A DNA stretch of 63,911 bases, filler included, from Octopus bimaculoides (Eukaryota), in assembly GCF_001194135.2 (NCBI RefSeq). It is 8 parts of 8 records of this genome, joined end to end, with 100 filler letters (N's around TTAATTAATTAA, not from the genome) between each part and the next. Parts side by side here need not be neighbours in the genome. Positions count along the whole stretch, not along the records: positions 49,169 to 62,331 come from NC_069002.1; positions 62,432 to 63,911 come from NW_026403069.1; 6 more parts are not named here. One strand, given 5' to 3'. Position 1 is the stretch's first letter. Each line of letters starts with the position of its first letter. The notes beneath the pieces are model-generated. The model was given only the letters and a program-made list of their open reading frames with translations. It was not told the DNA's origin and did no database searches. This document shows, piece after piece, positions 49,266 to 63,136 of the stretch. The position numbers and the translations under genes are program-made.

Positions 49266-49794
49266 TTTATTATCATTATTATTAAAAAAAACAGTAGGAG
49301 AAAAGATGCTAAAGCTTCTTTAATGAATCTGTCATTTTTCACCCATAAGAATATTCATTGAAATTCTTATTGTTTGCCTTAGTTTCTGCGTTGAGAGGTT
49401 TGTTTTTTGTTATCATCCTCTCAACTCGTTACAACCAATAACAATGTGGGATGGTTTTTACAGCATTGTTAGAATGAGGCTCAGATGTCATGAAAATATT
49501 TTGAACAGTTTCTCCTATTAATATTTCATTTCTATTTATGCTAAAACCATCTGCATCGTAGCAGTTGATTTCGGTGAAGTGGATGGAATTATATTTGTTG
49601 CTTGACATATTACAAAACTGAAGTAGAAAGTAAAATATATGGCGAGGAAAGCAATGTTAATTGATGGCTAACTTTAAGTCGCAGCTGCGAAGGAAGCAGC
49701 GAACAAACGTATGTTAACCAATTGCAATAGAAGTTATATGAAATCTCGAAGCACTGAACAGTTTATGAACTCGTGGAATATTGCTTTCAAATTG

Positions 49795-49950
49795 CATTGA
49801 TCCCAGTATTCATCTGGTATTTATTCTGTCGACCCACAACCCATGAAACACAAAGTTGACCGTGGCGGAATTTGAACTCAAAATGTAAAGATGGACGATA
49901 TGCCTCTAAGCCTTTTGTTCAGCGTTCTAACAATTCTCCCAGCTCGTTGT
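49795..49950 (-). mobile_element. SINE family B, degenerate
   Basis: GGCGGAATTTGAACTCA and GTCGACCC in reverse orientation. Confidence 0.65.
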
Positions 49951-50579
49951 CTTTAGATTCCTTGAAATATTTCAAAACTTCCATCGAAAATTTCTCCGTT
50001 CACCGAGATTTAAACTGACGGCTTAGAATTTTAAAGACAATACAGTGTAACACGATTTTCGTTCTTATTGCTTATTCCTAGAAAGTATGAAAATGGTTAA
50101 TATTTCCTTCAAACTTTGCGTTTGTTACATTTATTCAAATTTCAAAGAATCCCTTTCAACACATGGCTATGATGCTACCCCACTCCCCCTACTCATGATG
50201 AGAGATGCACGTATTATCAGCCACAAAGTGATATGTTCAAGTAGTTATGGTCAAGCAACTGACAGCAGATCTGTGGTATTGAGCAGAATATTTGCTATAA
50301 CGATATTTCTGCTTCAGCAACTCAGCAAACTGATTCTGTGTGAAATGTAATGGAAAATAGATCAGTTTCAAAACATTGATGTCCAGGTCACAAAGCAAAG
50401 TTTGAAGAGAATAGTAGCCATTTCCTTTGATTTCTGGATAGAAGCAAATAGGAAATAGCACTTACTGACCAAAGACACAAAGCAAGATAAGAAAAAAAAA
50501 CATGCAAAAATAACACAAACACACACCAAGACATTCACATACACACTAATATCTACACGCGCACACACATATACATACG

Positions 50580-50885
50580 CAAAAAGTCTTTAAAGGAAAA
50601 CGTTTTGCAGATGTGGAAGAGGTGAAGAAAAAAAAACGACGGAGACGTTAAAGGGCGTCAGTTGACAAGAGTCCCAGGACTGCTTCGAACAGTGGGAATC
50701 GCGTCTGAGCCGATGCGTTGCTTCAGATGAAGATTATCAACAATACAATCAGAATCTGAAAGAAAAATGTATAAATTACTTATTGTGACATTCTCAAAAC
50801 ATTTCAAGAGGCAATTTCAAAAAAAAAAATGCAATCTAAAATTGTTTTCTAACAGATCGGCCTTTACTTTTGCACCAGCCTGATA
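50580..50885 (+). mobile_element. mariner 3' fragment with right TIR
   Basis: KGKRFADVEEVKKKTTETLKGVS*QESQDCFEQWESRLSRCVAS is a mariner C-terminus. ACTTTTGCACCAGCCTGATA resembles a cecropia/Hsmar1-type TIR. Confidence 0.7.
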
Positions 50886-51566
50886 TATATACAAATATAT
50901 ATATACATATATTAGTTTATGTATATATTAATATTATCTCAGTTTAAAAATAACCTTCGACAATGTAAATATGTCAATAGTTACCATGGGTAGCAAAAAT
51001 TACACAAAAAAACAGGATATCACACCCGTTTTATAGGTAGGGATACCAAGTTAAAGCAATGCATTTTGAGTAGATATGAATAATAACAATAAATGGAGCA
51101 AAACGCATATAAATAAAATATGGAACTAGACACCACCCGTCTCCGGGTGAATCGATGTTACGATACATAATAGTGGAACTCTATACACGCATATTCTCTC
51201 ACGGCGACGGGTTACGGTGTACATTTCCATTGCTATGTGTCAGCACCGATTTCACTGAAGAGTCACAGACAATAATTAAATTGTTTATGGCGAAACCTTA
51301 AGGTGTGGAATTAAGTGCTATGTTTATTTATTTTCATTTGTTTAGCTCGTAAACACCTAGCGTTTAGCTAATTTGAGAACACATTTTTTGTGGTAGGACG
51401 GTTCGATGTCTATTTTTAGCATACAAGGGATCCACTTAGTGGTCTCTCCTCTTATTTATATTTAAATATAATTCACGATCTTTGGATGTTTTTTAAGTAT
51501 GCTAACCACTGGTTCAAATTGGTATTATTTATTAATATTAGTTTCTACTCTTACTATTTAATGTTT

Positions 51567-51611
<45 letters not shown>

Positions 51612-51615
51612 ACAT

Positions 51616-51683
<68 letters not shown>

Positions 51684-52890
51684 ATAGGTAGATATTCTCT
51701 GCCTACACAACGTCCTATTTTCATTTACCAAGGAAAAACTCTGACAGGCCAATATCTCGCTATAAAAACTCTGATGACGTTTAGTAATCTAAAAGTACAA
51801 AATAACTGTCAGCGTTTTAGCTGAAGAAATTTATAAATATGTCGTCTGCTAAAAAGTATTACCTCCTCCTTCAATTTAATGCTAAATTGTTTTTATGTAT
51901 ATAACTTCGCATAAAAACACGTTTATGTATGCATGTATGATATTATTGTAGCTTGATATATTTTAATTGTTTCTGTATAGAAAGCCATCCTCACATTCCT
52001 ACCAATTATATCTGAAGTATCAAAAAATAATTGTGTGTATTTATCTGCCATTCAATATATTGACTTGACTGAGTATTCCAATGTCTGCTTTTTGATATCA
52101 AAACAATGCTGCTACTCCTACTGCTCATGATGATGATGATGATAATAATAACAACAACAATGATGATGATGATGATGATAAAATATAAACTAAAACCACG
52201 AAGTGAAAAATCGCTTTTATCATTGAATATGAAGCAAACCGGAAAATATATTTATGTTGTTGCTGTTTATTACAGTTCGTTTTTCGAAAGAAAGCTAATT
52301 GATAATATATTAAATACACGAAAGTGAACCAGAGAAAATGCTTTGACAAATAATATATACAAAAGATTCAGAAAGTGAAATAAATTATTTATTCCACTTT
52401 GTGAACATTTATCCGTACGCATAAGTGGGCAGGCAGAATCTGAGAAATTTAATGGTTTTGTAGCAGTAAACAGTAAGTACAAACAGTTCATAAAGTGGAA
52501 TAGATTGCTCCATTGCGAGGAAGAAGTCCAATGTCCCTGGCACAACCGCTCTTGAGATAGAGGGAAGTGATAGATAAATACAAGGATGAAATTAGGAGTG
52601 ATGAATACATTTTATAGACAACAGGAAGTAAGTATTAGTAGGAAGGTGAATGTTAAAGTAATAATGTTGAGTAATAACATTATGTTGAGTAATAACAGCT
52701 GTTCCGTTTTCTTTTCCCATTCTTTCTTTCAAAGATTGAAGCCTAGAAACGTCAAAGATTGTTCCTTTTTTCTTGAGTGTCAAACGTATACACCTTGTTT
52801 GTTATTCCCTCGTCTGTTCCTGTCTTTTGTATTTTGTACATTTACACCATATATATATATATAGACACACACACACACACACATATCGAA

Positions 52891-53137
52891 GAAATCGATC
52901 CCAGGATATATTCTTTGTAAGCCTAGTACTTATTTTATCGTTTTATTTTGCCAAACGGCTAAGTTACGGGGACGTAAAGACATCAATATCGGTAGTTAAG
53001 TGACGATGGGGGGTACAAACACAGACACACACACATACGCACATACACACAAACATACAAATATACACATATATACGACAGCCTTCTTTCAACTTCCGTG
53101 TACGAAATCCACTCACAAGGATTTGATGGGCCTGAAG

Positions 53138-53138
<1 letters not shown>
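52891..53138 (-). mobile_element. SINE family A, partial
   Basis: Collinear with family A tail and internal tract. Confidence 0.8.
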
Positions 53139-53180
<42 letters not shown>

Positions 53181-53587
53181 NNNNNNNNNNNNNNNNNNNN
53201 NNNNNNNNNNNNNNNNNNNNNNNNNNNNNNNNNNNNNNNNNNNNNNNNNNNNNNNNNNNNNNNNNNNNNNNNNNNNNNNNNNNNNNNNNNNNNNNNNNNN
53301 NNNNNNNNNNNNNNNNNNNNNNNNNNNNNNNNNNNNNNNNNNNNNNNNNNNNNNNNNNNNNNNNNNNNNNNNNNNNNNNNNNNNNNNNNNNNNNNNNNNN
53401 NNNNNNNNNNNNNNNNNNNNNNNNNNNNNNNNNNNNNNNNNNNNNNNNNNNNNNNNNNNNNNNNNNNNNNNNNNNNNNNNNNNNNNNNNNNNNNNNNNNN
53501 NNNNNNNNNNNNNNNNNNNNNNNNNNNNNNNNNNNNNNNNNNNNNNNNNNNNNNNNNNNNNNNNNNNNNNNNNNNNNNNNNNNNNNN

Positions 53588-53632
<45 letters not shown>

Positions 53633-54555
53633 TATATCCGATCATCAGACTGTGAAATTTATGAACAGTAGGATGGCTTATAACTCTTTATAAACGGTGC
53701 AGTGATAATTATTGAGGAACTCATAAAACAAATATTTCAAGCTGATATGCACAGCGCGATATTACTTTTCAAACTAAGATTCAGCTGGATGAGAACGACT
53801 GACCGTTGACGACAAAGATATGAGCATAAAAATATGAAAAGTAGTCGAATTAAAAATTGAATAAATTGTCTTGAAAATAGGCGTAGAAATTACAGTAATT
53901 AGAAAACATGTAACAGAGAGCAAACATAATTATTACAGAAGGGTGTAGCGATGGATGAGGAAAGAAAACGTATACAGTGCTGTTCCAAATGAAATAGACG
54001 AAATCCAATAATAAATATGTGTGTGTGTGTGTGTGTGTGTGCGTGTATGTGCCCGTGCTTGCCTGCACGTGTGTGTATGTATGTATGTATATATGTATGT
54101 ATGTATGTATGTATCTCCCTGTATCTCCCTGTATGGAGCCTATTGTGTCTGAAAGTCGTGTCTACTACTGTCCACTTATCGCCAGAAAATTAACCTATCA
54201 TTTTCTTTAATGACATTTTAATTTTAGAGAATTCTTGAATTTTAAGATTATCTGCCCTTCTCAAGAGGCGCTGATCTTAATTGCCATTTTGTAGTTTTGA
54301 TACATAGAGAGGCGGAGATAAACTAAATTATCAAAAATTTATGTTGTATGATATTTGAACTCTTGAAGTAAAAACCACTGAAAAAAACATAACAAAAAAA
54401 AAAAGAAAAGAACTGGCGGAACCAAATACTCTTATTTTCACGGGAACCTAGTCTATTATAACAGTTTTTATTGCAATTTGTCAGTGTGTGTGTGTGTGTG
54501 TGTGATGAGTGTATTTCTGTGCAAGGGTGTGATAATGGTTGTAGTGCCGTGTGCG

Positions 54556-54653
<98 letters not shown>

Positions 54654-54850
54654 TGTGCCTTTTTTCGATTTTATCGATTTATTCGCATTCTCATTTTTAA
54701 CTTAATGGACTGAGATGATCTATCGATGCCATCAATCCATTTACGATCAACCAACATATTTTTCCTTGACACCCACACTTCCTTCGTTTGTTTGTTTATC
54801 AGTTTTCTTCTTCTTCTTCTTCTTCTTCTTCTTCTTCTTCTTCTTCTTCT

Positions 54851-54885
<35 letters not shown>

Positions 54886-55008
54886 TTCTTCCTTCACCTC
54901 TCCGTTAAATTGATTAATGTGAGAAGATACGTTGGCAGGTTAGGATGGCTGGTTAATGTTTTGTTAGTGACACGATAGCAACAGGAACCACGGCAAACGA
55001 GAACGACA

Positions 55009-55038
55009 ATAACAACAACAACAACAGCAACAACAACA

Positions 55039-55086
<48 letters not shown>

Positions 55087-55106
55087 TCTTCTTCTTCTTC
55101 TTCTTC

Positions 55107-55150
<44 letters not shown>

Positions 55151-55151
55151 G

Positions 55152-55210
<59 letters not shown>
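55009..55210. repeat. Stepwise compound trinucleotide array (AAC, ACT, CTT, ATT, with a short GTT patch)
   Basis: Direct reading. Confidence 0.95.
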
Positions 55211-55502
55211 GCCTTTGCATAGCTTCTAACGCTGGAGATGTACTACGGTGTCAGTTGTTCACTACCAGTGAACTAAGGTAACACCTCTTTTTTTTCGAGC
55301 ACCATCCGGAGTATTCGATGATTTTTACTCACTCTTCCCAGGGCTCCGACAATTTTTGGTACTACTACCACCTTTTTCATCGACTACAACTGCTTAACCT
55401 CCCAAGCTAACCTGTCATATCTATCGACTTTTCTTTCTTCCATATTACATAACTTGTTCTCAGCTGGGCGTGCTGTATCTATGATCCAGTATCGTTTGCT
55501 TC
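55211..55502 (-). mobile_element. R4/Dong-like LINE 3' end with (TAA)n tail, flanked by TAA repeats on both sides
   Basis: WIIDTARPAENK...DRYDRLAWEVKQL*SMKKVVVVPKIVGALGRVSK...RILRMVLEK is an RLE C-terminus, followed by a short UTR and (TAA)n. Confidence 0.8.
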
Positions 55503-55516
55503 ATATTATTATTATT

Positions 55517-55549
<33 letters not shown>

Positions 55550-57482
55550 GCTGCTGCTGCTGCTGTTGTTGTTGTTGTTGTTCTTCTTCTTCTTCTTCTT
55601 CTTATATGATGATGATGATGAAATAGAAGAAGTAGAAACGAAGCGGACGGAAAATAAATCCAAATTAGAAAGGAGAACAATAAGAAGATAAACACGTCGA
55701 AAGGATTTGCAAAGGAAATTCAAATGACGACATTCTAAACAAAACCCGAACGTAACAAAGCAAGCTGGAAACGGTGAGCGTTGCCCGAAGAAACAAAATG
55801 GTGCGTGCAACATATGGAATGGTTTCTGTTTCGGAAACGGCCATTGTCTCTGTAATGTCACATCGTGGCCAAGTAATAGTCAAACAATAACGGAATTCTG
55901 TAGTATTGGTTTGTTTCTTGGTGAAAATGGTAAATGGTGACAGGAACTGCTGGAGTTTGTGATTCGATAATTCTCAAATCTAATATGCGTATCTATGTAG
56001 TTATCGACGCACGAACACACATGTGCGCATGTATAGAACTATACACTCGCTCTTACATATAGAAATCATGTCTAGCATTTATTAAAATGTTTATGTCTCC
56101 GTGTCTCGCTTTAACCATTAATATGTTTGCGTCTGTGTGTCGCTTTAACATACGTAGGTGCGTACGTATGTTTGTATGTATTTATGTATGTATGAATGTA
56201 TGTATGTACGTGTGTGTATGTGCATACAGCTAGATATGTAGGTGGTTCATGAGCTAAATAGATATACATGCAGCTAGTTTGATATTTAGTTATGTATAGA
56301 GTCAACATTCACACGTTCGCACGTATGCATGTATGTATGCACGTATGCATATATATATATATATATATATATATANNNNNNNNNNNNNNNNNNNNNNNNN
56401 NNNNNNNNNNNNNNNNNNNNNNNNNNNNNNNNNNNNNNNNNNNNNNNNNNNNNNNNNNNNNNNNNNNNNNNNNNNNNNNNNNNNNNNNNNNNNNNNNNNN
56501 NNNNNNNNNNNNNNNNNNNNNNNNNNNNNNNNNNNNNNNNNNNNNNNNNNNNNNNNNNNNNNNNNNNNNNNNNNNNNNNNNNNNNNNNNNNNNNNNNNNN
56601 NNNNNNNNNNNNNNNNNNNNNNNNNNNNNNNNNNNNNNNNNNNNNNNNNNNNNNNNNNNNNNNNNNNNNNNNNNNNNNNNNNNNNNNNNNNNNNNNNNNN
56701 NNNNNNNNNNNNNNNNNNNNNNNNNNNNNNNNNNNNNNNNNNNNNNNNNNNNNNNNNNNNNNNNNNNNNNNNNNNNNNNNNNNNNNNNNNNNNNNNNNNN
56801 NNNNNNNNNNNNNNNNNNNNNNNNNNNNNNNNNNNNNNNNNNNNNNNNNNNNNNNNNNNNNNNNNNNNNNNNNNNNNNNNNNNNNNNNNNNNNNNNNNNN
56901 NNNNNNNNNNNNNNNNNNNNNNNNNNNNNNNNNNNNNNNNNNNNNNNNNNNNNNNNNNNNNNNNNNNNNNNNNNNNNNNNNNNNNNNNNNNNNNNNNNNN
57001 NNNNNNNNNNNNNNNNNNNNNNNNNNNNNNNNNNNNNNNNNNNNNNNNNNNNNNNNNNNNNNNNNNNNNNNNNNNNNNNNNNNNNNNNNNNNNNNNNNNN
57101 NNNNNNNNNNNNNNNNNNNNNNNNNNNNNNNNNNNNNNNNNNNNNNNNNNNNNNNNNNNNNNNNNNNNNNNNNNNNNNNAAGTATGTAGTTAGATTGATA
57201 AATACGTAGATATATAGATAGTTACACAGGGGGTGATAGTTAGAGAGATAAGTAGACGGATAAATAAATGTCCAATGTATGCAAAAGTGAAATTGTCAGG
57301 CGATAGACAGAACGATATTATTACGAAAGCTTAAGTGTAATTGTAATTATAGACAGGTGAATTACAAAGGGACATATCAAGTTCGTGAGAATGATGCATG
57401 AGGGAGAATAAATTACAATAAATATATTAAGGTAACAAAATAGGAAAATTGGTTAGAATAGAGTTCAAAATGTGAGTGTTTG

Positions 57483-57553
<71 letters not shown>

Positions 57554-58061
57554 GTCTGTCTGTCTAAATGCCTGCATGCTTCCTTGCCTGCCTGTCTGTC
57601 TATCTATGTATTTAAAGTTATGATGTACATTGTCTTCATGACAATCAGCTATATTAGAGTTCAATAGTTTACTACTTGAAATTATTCCTAAAATACGTAT
57701 CTCTTTTGCATATATTGGAAATAGGCTTATAACAGCACGTTTGCAATAAAATACATTTCAAAAAACACAGAAAACAATATCAGTGATATTTAGAGATATT
57801 CATTCCTACAGCTGTTTCTTTAATTCTTACTGCACATGATTATAACGATCATAACTAAATTATCAAGAAGTCGTTCTGAAACTGGCTGAGTTGTTACTTC
57901 GTTATACTAAAATATTAGGTATCTAACTGAAAGGTATTTCAAACCTATGTAACGCATCGCTGACTTGCGCCCCTGTTTTTAATATAGGCGGAGACGTAAC
58001 TCTGTAGCAAGAAGCTTGCTTCTCAACCACATAGTTTTGGCTTCAATCTCACTGCATCGCA

Positions 58062-58103
<42 letters not shown>

Positions 58104-58284
58104 CGCGCGCGCGTACATGTGTCTATGCGTCTGTGTGTTGTAATTTGATTGCTCTGTGTTATTACTCTGTGTGATCTCAGCACCGCTATAAAATTTACGC
58201 ACTACTTTGTAAATGTAAACGCAAAAACATTTACCCTCTCACAGGTTTAGTAATAGCTACCTGGCTACCTAACCACCAACAGAG

Positions 58285-58353
<69 letters not shown>

Positions 58354-58937
58354 NNNNNNNNNNNNNNNNNNNNNNNNNNNNNNNNNNNNNNNNNNNNNNN
58401 NNNNNNNNNNNNNNNNNNNNNNNNNNNNNNNNNNNNNNNNNNNNNNNNNNNNNNNNNNNNNNNNNNNNNNNNNNNNNNNNNNNNNNNNNNNNNNNNNNNN
58501 NNNNNNNNNNNNNNNNNNNNNNNNNNNNNNNNNNNNNNNNNNNNNNNNNNNNNNNNNNNNNNNNNNNNNNNNNNNNNNNNNNNNNNNNNNNNNNNNNNNN
58601 NNNNNNNNNNNNNNNNNNNNNNNNNNNNNNNNNNNNNNNNNNNNNNNNNNNNNNNNNNNNNNNNNNNNNNNNNNNNNNNNNNNNNNNNNNNNNNNNNNNN
58701 NNNNNNNNNNNNNNNNNNNNNNNNNNNNNNNNNNNNNNNNNNNNNNNNNNNNNNNNNNNNNNNNNNNNNNNNNNNNNNNNNNNNNNNNNNNNNNNNNNNN
58801 NNNNNNNNNNNNNNNNNNNNNNNNNNNNNNNNNNNNNNNNNNNNNNNNNNNNNNNNNNNNNNNNNNNNNNNNNNNNNNNNNNNNNNNNNNNNNNNNNNNN
58901 NNNNNNNNNNNNNNNNNNNNNNNNNNNNNNNNNNNNN

Positions 58938-58984
<47 letters not shown>

Positions 58985-59510
58985 GGTACATATATAAACA
59001 GTGTGAACACACACACACACAAACACACACACACAAGCACACACACACTCACACACAAACACACACACACACATACAAACAAATGTTATCATATATGATT
59101 CCTTTGCAGACCGTGAAAAATGTGGAAATGGCAGCGGTGTAGAACGCAATAAAATGAGAGAAAAAATGAAAGAAAGGATGAAAAGAGATGTTGTTTTTGC
59201 GATATTATTAATATTGTAAAGTAAAATGAATTTCGCTGAAAGCAAAATGTAATTTATGAAAATTCAGCACGAGAATTGAAGTACTTTTGACAAATCCTTT
59301 TAAGAACTCGCAGAATATATATATTGCGGACAGAACTAACGTCAGCATCTCATAAATTTGGCATTTTATGAACAGAATAATGTCTTGTGGGTCAATATGA
59401 TTCAACAGCGCAATCAATAAGGATAAAAATAATGATAAAGTGATAAGTGAACAAACGAATGGAAGCTGCACTCAATACATTTAGCAGGGGTTGCATATGT
59501 TAACTGTCAT

Positions 59511-59925
59511 CTTTTATTATTTGCTTGTTTCAGTCTGTTGTTTGGACTGCGGCTTTACTGGGGCACCGCCTTCAAGAATTTCAGTCCAACTAATCGATCC
59601 CAATAATTATTTTCTTTTTAATCCGGGTACTTATTCTATCTGTGTCTTTTACCGAGCTGCTAGTTTACGGGGACGTAAAGACACCAACACCGGTTGTCAT
59701 GCAGTTGTGGTGGACAAACAGTCACAAAGACACATACACTCACACACGCCCTCACACACATACATACGATGGGCTTCTTTCAGTTTCCGTCTACCAAATC
59801 TACTCATAAGGCTTTGGTCGAGTCGAGGCTATAGTAGAAGACACCTGTCCAAGTTGCCACACGGTGGGATTGAACCTGAAACCATGTGGTTGGGAAGCAA
59901 ACTTCTTACCACACAACTACGTCTA
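59511..59925 (-). mobile_element. SINE family A, full length
   Basis: Collinear with other family A copies. Confidence 0.9.
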
Positions 59926-60302
59926 TATATGTGAATATATATATATCTATATATGTATATAAATATAAATAAGATATAGAAACCCTGCAGACGCAATGAT
60001 CTTCTGGATAAAGGGCAATGAAACGATATGAAACGGTTACCATATTATGTAATAAAACGGACAGCTCAATCCATTTTATTTGTTAATATACAAAATTTAT
60101 ACATGTAAGCAGAAAGAAAGCAGAGACTGAAAATTTTCAGACGATTAATATTTAAGTATAAGTATATAGATATTTTTATATTAATAGGTTTAACTTTGTA
60201 TTGATGTATTTTGGGACTTCCGTTTTTTAATCGTCCACGTTCTTTATATGCTTCCTTCTCGGTGTTTCGCGTTTCTTTTCTAATTCAATATTTAGTTCGT
60301 TA

Positions 60303-60450
60303 CAAGGCGGTGAGCTGGCAGAAACGTTAGCGTGCCGGGCGAAATGCTTAGCGGTATTTCGTCTGTCTTTACGTTCTGAGTTCAAATTCGGCCGAAGTCG
60401 ACTTTGCCTTTCATCCTTTCATCCAAGCCTTGCACCTAGAATAGAAAGGA
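60303..60450 (+). mobile_element. SINE family B with internal deletion
   Basis: Well-preserved head AAGGCGGTGAGCTGGCAGAAACG and B-box GAGTTCAAATTC. Confidence 0.85.
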
Positions 60451-60616
60451 ATATTGAATATTTATCTTCGTTTTATTGTCTTTTGTTGCACTGATGATTG
60501 TGGATATAACATGAAACCTTAAAGATCGAGGAATTATTTCGTATGCATGCGTTATAATACGCTCACTGTTAATGTGTTGGACGCCTCTTAGTAATATAGA
60601 TTGATACTATTGTAGG

Positions 60617-60752
60617 GGTGGCGAACCCTGCTGTACTCTTTTCACCACAACTTTCTCTCACTCTTTCTTCCTTTTCTGTTGTACCTTCATTTCAAAGGAC
60701 CAGCCTTAATCAGATCAACTGGAACCCTCGTCGTCGTAACCAACGGAGTGCC
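60617..60752 (+). mobile_element. SINE family C, partial with internal deletion
   Basis: GGTGGCGAACCCTGCTGTACTC... joined to GATCAACTGGAACCCTCGTCGTCG. Confidence 0.8.
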
Positions 60753-60997
60753 ATCTCTCTTGATGCATGTATATATATATATATATATATAAATCATAGC
60801 TACTTATATATACGTATATACAAATGCATATATGTATGTGTGTGTGAGTGTGTATGTATATATATATATATCTATATATATAGACGTTTATATATGTACA
60901 TAAACACACATATATATACGTATATATACATGTATATATANNNNNNNNNNNNNNNNNNNNNNNNNNNNNNNNNNNNNNNNNNNNNNNNNNNNNNNNN

Positions 60998-61035
<38 letters not shown>

Positions 61036-62223
61036 GCGCATACATACATGTATATACATTCATACATGTACATTCATACATGCACAGATATATATGCATA
61101 CATATATATGCACAATACACACAAACAACTATAAATATGTATACACGCACACATATACATGTTTGTTCTCACGTGCATTCAACTAATCACATAGTCATCG
61201 GTATCATGTGAAATTACGATAAGGCTAATTATTTCATGCAACCTTGTGATAAGAGGGTGATAAATAAAGCTTACGGCGAATACGCTTTAAGTGTCTAGCA
61301 GTATATTGGGTTTCGCTGTGCACTGCATAAACTTCTGAAAGAGTTAATGAATGATTGGGATTGTATTGTCTTGAAGTGCCTGCAGCATGCGGGAATTGTA
61401 TTAGAAAGGCAGCGATACACCACTGATTGTGCTTTTATAATAGCCATTTGTTTTATTTTACAACTAAGCGTATAAGTTATTGTAATACTTAATTATCGTC
61501 TGCACCTTTACATTTAATATTTATAGCAGACGATAATAAACAACGGAAGAAAAATAACCAACAAATAAACGAATAAAAAGTACCACGAAAATATGGTCAA
61601 TACATACTGGAAGGGAGAATAGGAAAAGAAATGAATAAAAACATGAGAGAAGGAAGGTTTGTTTTAACTCCCATGATTCAATTTCGTTCTTAGATTTTTC
61701 ATCCATTTTGTTTCTTTCCACTATTTTCATTTTCTCTCTTCTCAAAGTTGTGTGATCTACGTCACTCTAGCGTCTAGTAAATGACAGAAAATGGAGGTAA
61801 TGTCGGACGCAGACGTCTAACAGTCTGTACTTTATGTCTTTTTAATCGTAACATAAAACGCAATATCAAAGGCGTTTGTCATTGCTATTGTGCAAGGGAA
61901 TATATTTTAGATTTCATATCAAATACACGATTGGTCAGGAGGGGGAGAAGGGAATGAGTAGCAGATGATGGAACACAACTGGAATGAGTAGGATTTTAAG
62001 CGTAAAAGAACGGAGTAGCAATTTATGTATCTGCAGTTGACAATGATGTACGGCAAGTGTTCTTTCTCTCACAGTCGATCACGTTCATTCGCTTTCCTTT
62101 TTTCTTTCTTCCTTCGTTAATTTCCTTCTTTGCTGGGTCTCTCCCTTCAGTAGAACTTGTAACGTATTTGTACACGTATATGTATATGTGCAAATATGTG
62201 TGTATGTATATGTGTGTGTCTGG

Positions 62224-62269
<46 letters not shown>

Positions 62270-62443
62270 TTACAAATTTTGGGTCAAAGGTAGCCCTATG
62301 TCACATACTTAATGCATGTGTATTGTTTAAANNNNNNNNNNNNNNNNNNNNNNNNNNNNNNNNNNNNNNNNNNNNTTAATTAATTAANNNNNNNNNNNNN
62401 NNNNNNNNNNNNNNNNNNNNNNNNNNNNNNNATATATATATAT

Positions 62444-62625
62444 AGGCGCAGGACTTGCTGTGTAGTAATTAGCTTGGTTATCAGCCACATGGTTCCGGGT
62501 TCAGTCCCACTACGTGGCATCTTAGGCAAGTGTCTCCTACTATAGCCTCGGGTTGGCCAAAGCCTTGTGACTGGATTTAGTTGACGGAGACTGAAAGAAG
62601 CCGGACGTATGTGTGTGCCTGTGTG
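62444..62625 (+). mobile_element. SINE family A head
   Basis: AGGCGCAGGA...GGTTCAGTCCCACTACGTGGCATCTTAGGCAAGT. Confidence 0.88.
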
Positions 62626-62950
62626 TGTGTCGTTTCCTTCGCTTGTTTTGCTAGTCAATAATTGAGGTGGTATTTCTTTTTCGCTATATGATGGAAAAAA
62701 ATGATTTCGAAAGTGAATGGTATTTGAGTTTTGCGAAATTTTGTGATAGTTTGATGGGTATAATCTTGTATATATGGCCGTTAAATTTAAACAGTGAAAA
62801 GTCAAAAGTGTGTGTGTAAGTTCTGACTGCTCAATGAATTTAATAAAATCGCAGGATGCATGTGTACGTGCGTATGTATTTAATAAAATCACAAGAGAAA
62901 GTTACACTGTACTCACACGAAATTATTTGTTTTTCCAAAGGTTATTGCAG

Positions 62951-63136
62951 GTACTATGGAGTCAGTTTTAAAGTTCTGTCCGTTTCATGTCGCAGCTTTC
63001 GCAAGAATTGAAATGTTCGAGTTGAGTTGGCTTCCGTTTCTTCAACTACTTACTAAGTACAGCGATGAAAAGACACGTCTGGTTGCCACGGCTGCCTATT
63101 TTATTATAGATGCAAAAACACCACAGAGTAATCGAC
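62951..63136 (+). CDS. Candidate symmetric (phase 1-1) internal exon, ARM/HEAT-like helical peptide
   Basis: Acceptor TTATTTGTTTTTCCAAAGGTTATTGCAG, donor C|GTAAGC, 186 nt fully open: TMESVLKFCPFHVAAFARIEMFELSWLPFLQLLTKYSDEKTRLVATAAYFIIDAKTPQSNR. ARM resemblance is by eye only. Confidence 0.5.

Noticed and set aside
49534-49605. IYAKTICIVAVDFGEVDGIIFVA* resembles a YWTD blade (IVAVDFD...IYW.D)
   Set aside because: In-frame stop where the conserved Asp should be, no usable splice sites, and the frame does not continue.
52561-52627. 66-nt open segment REVIDKYKDEIRSDEYIYRQQE ending at a GTAAGT donor
   Set aside because: No polypyrimidine tract at the acceptor and no homology.
25598-55502. The R4-like fragment at 25598 ends about where the one at 55502 begins in consensus coordinates, suggesting one split element
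   Set aside because: The order is wrong for a minus-strand element interrupted by an insertion; they are more simply two independent truncated copies.
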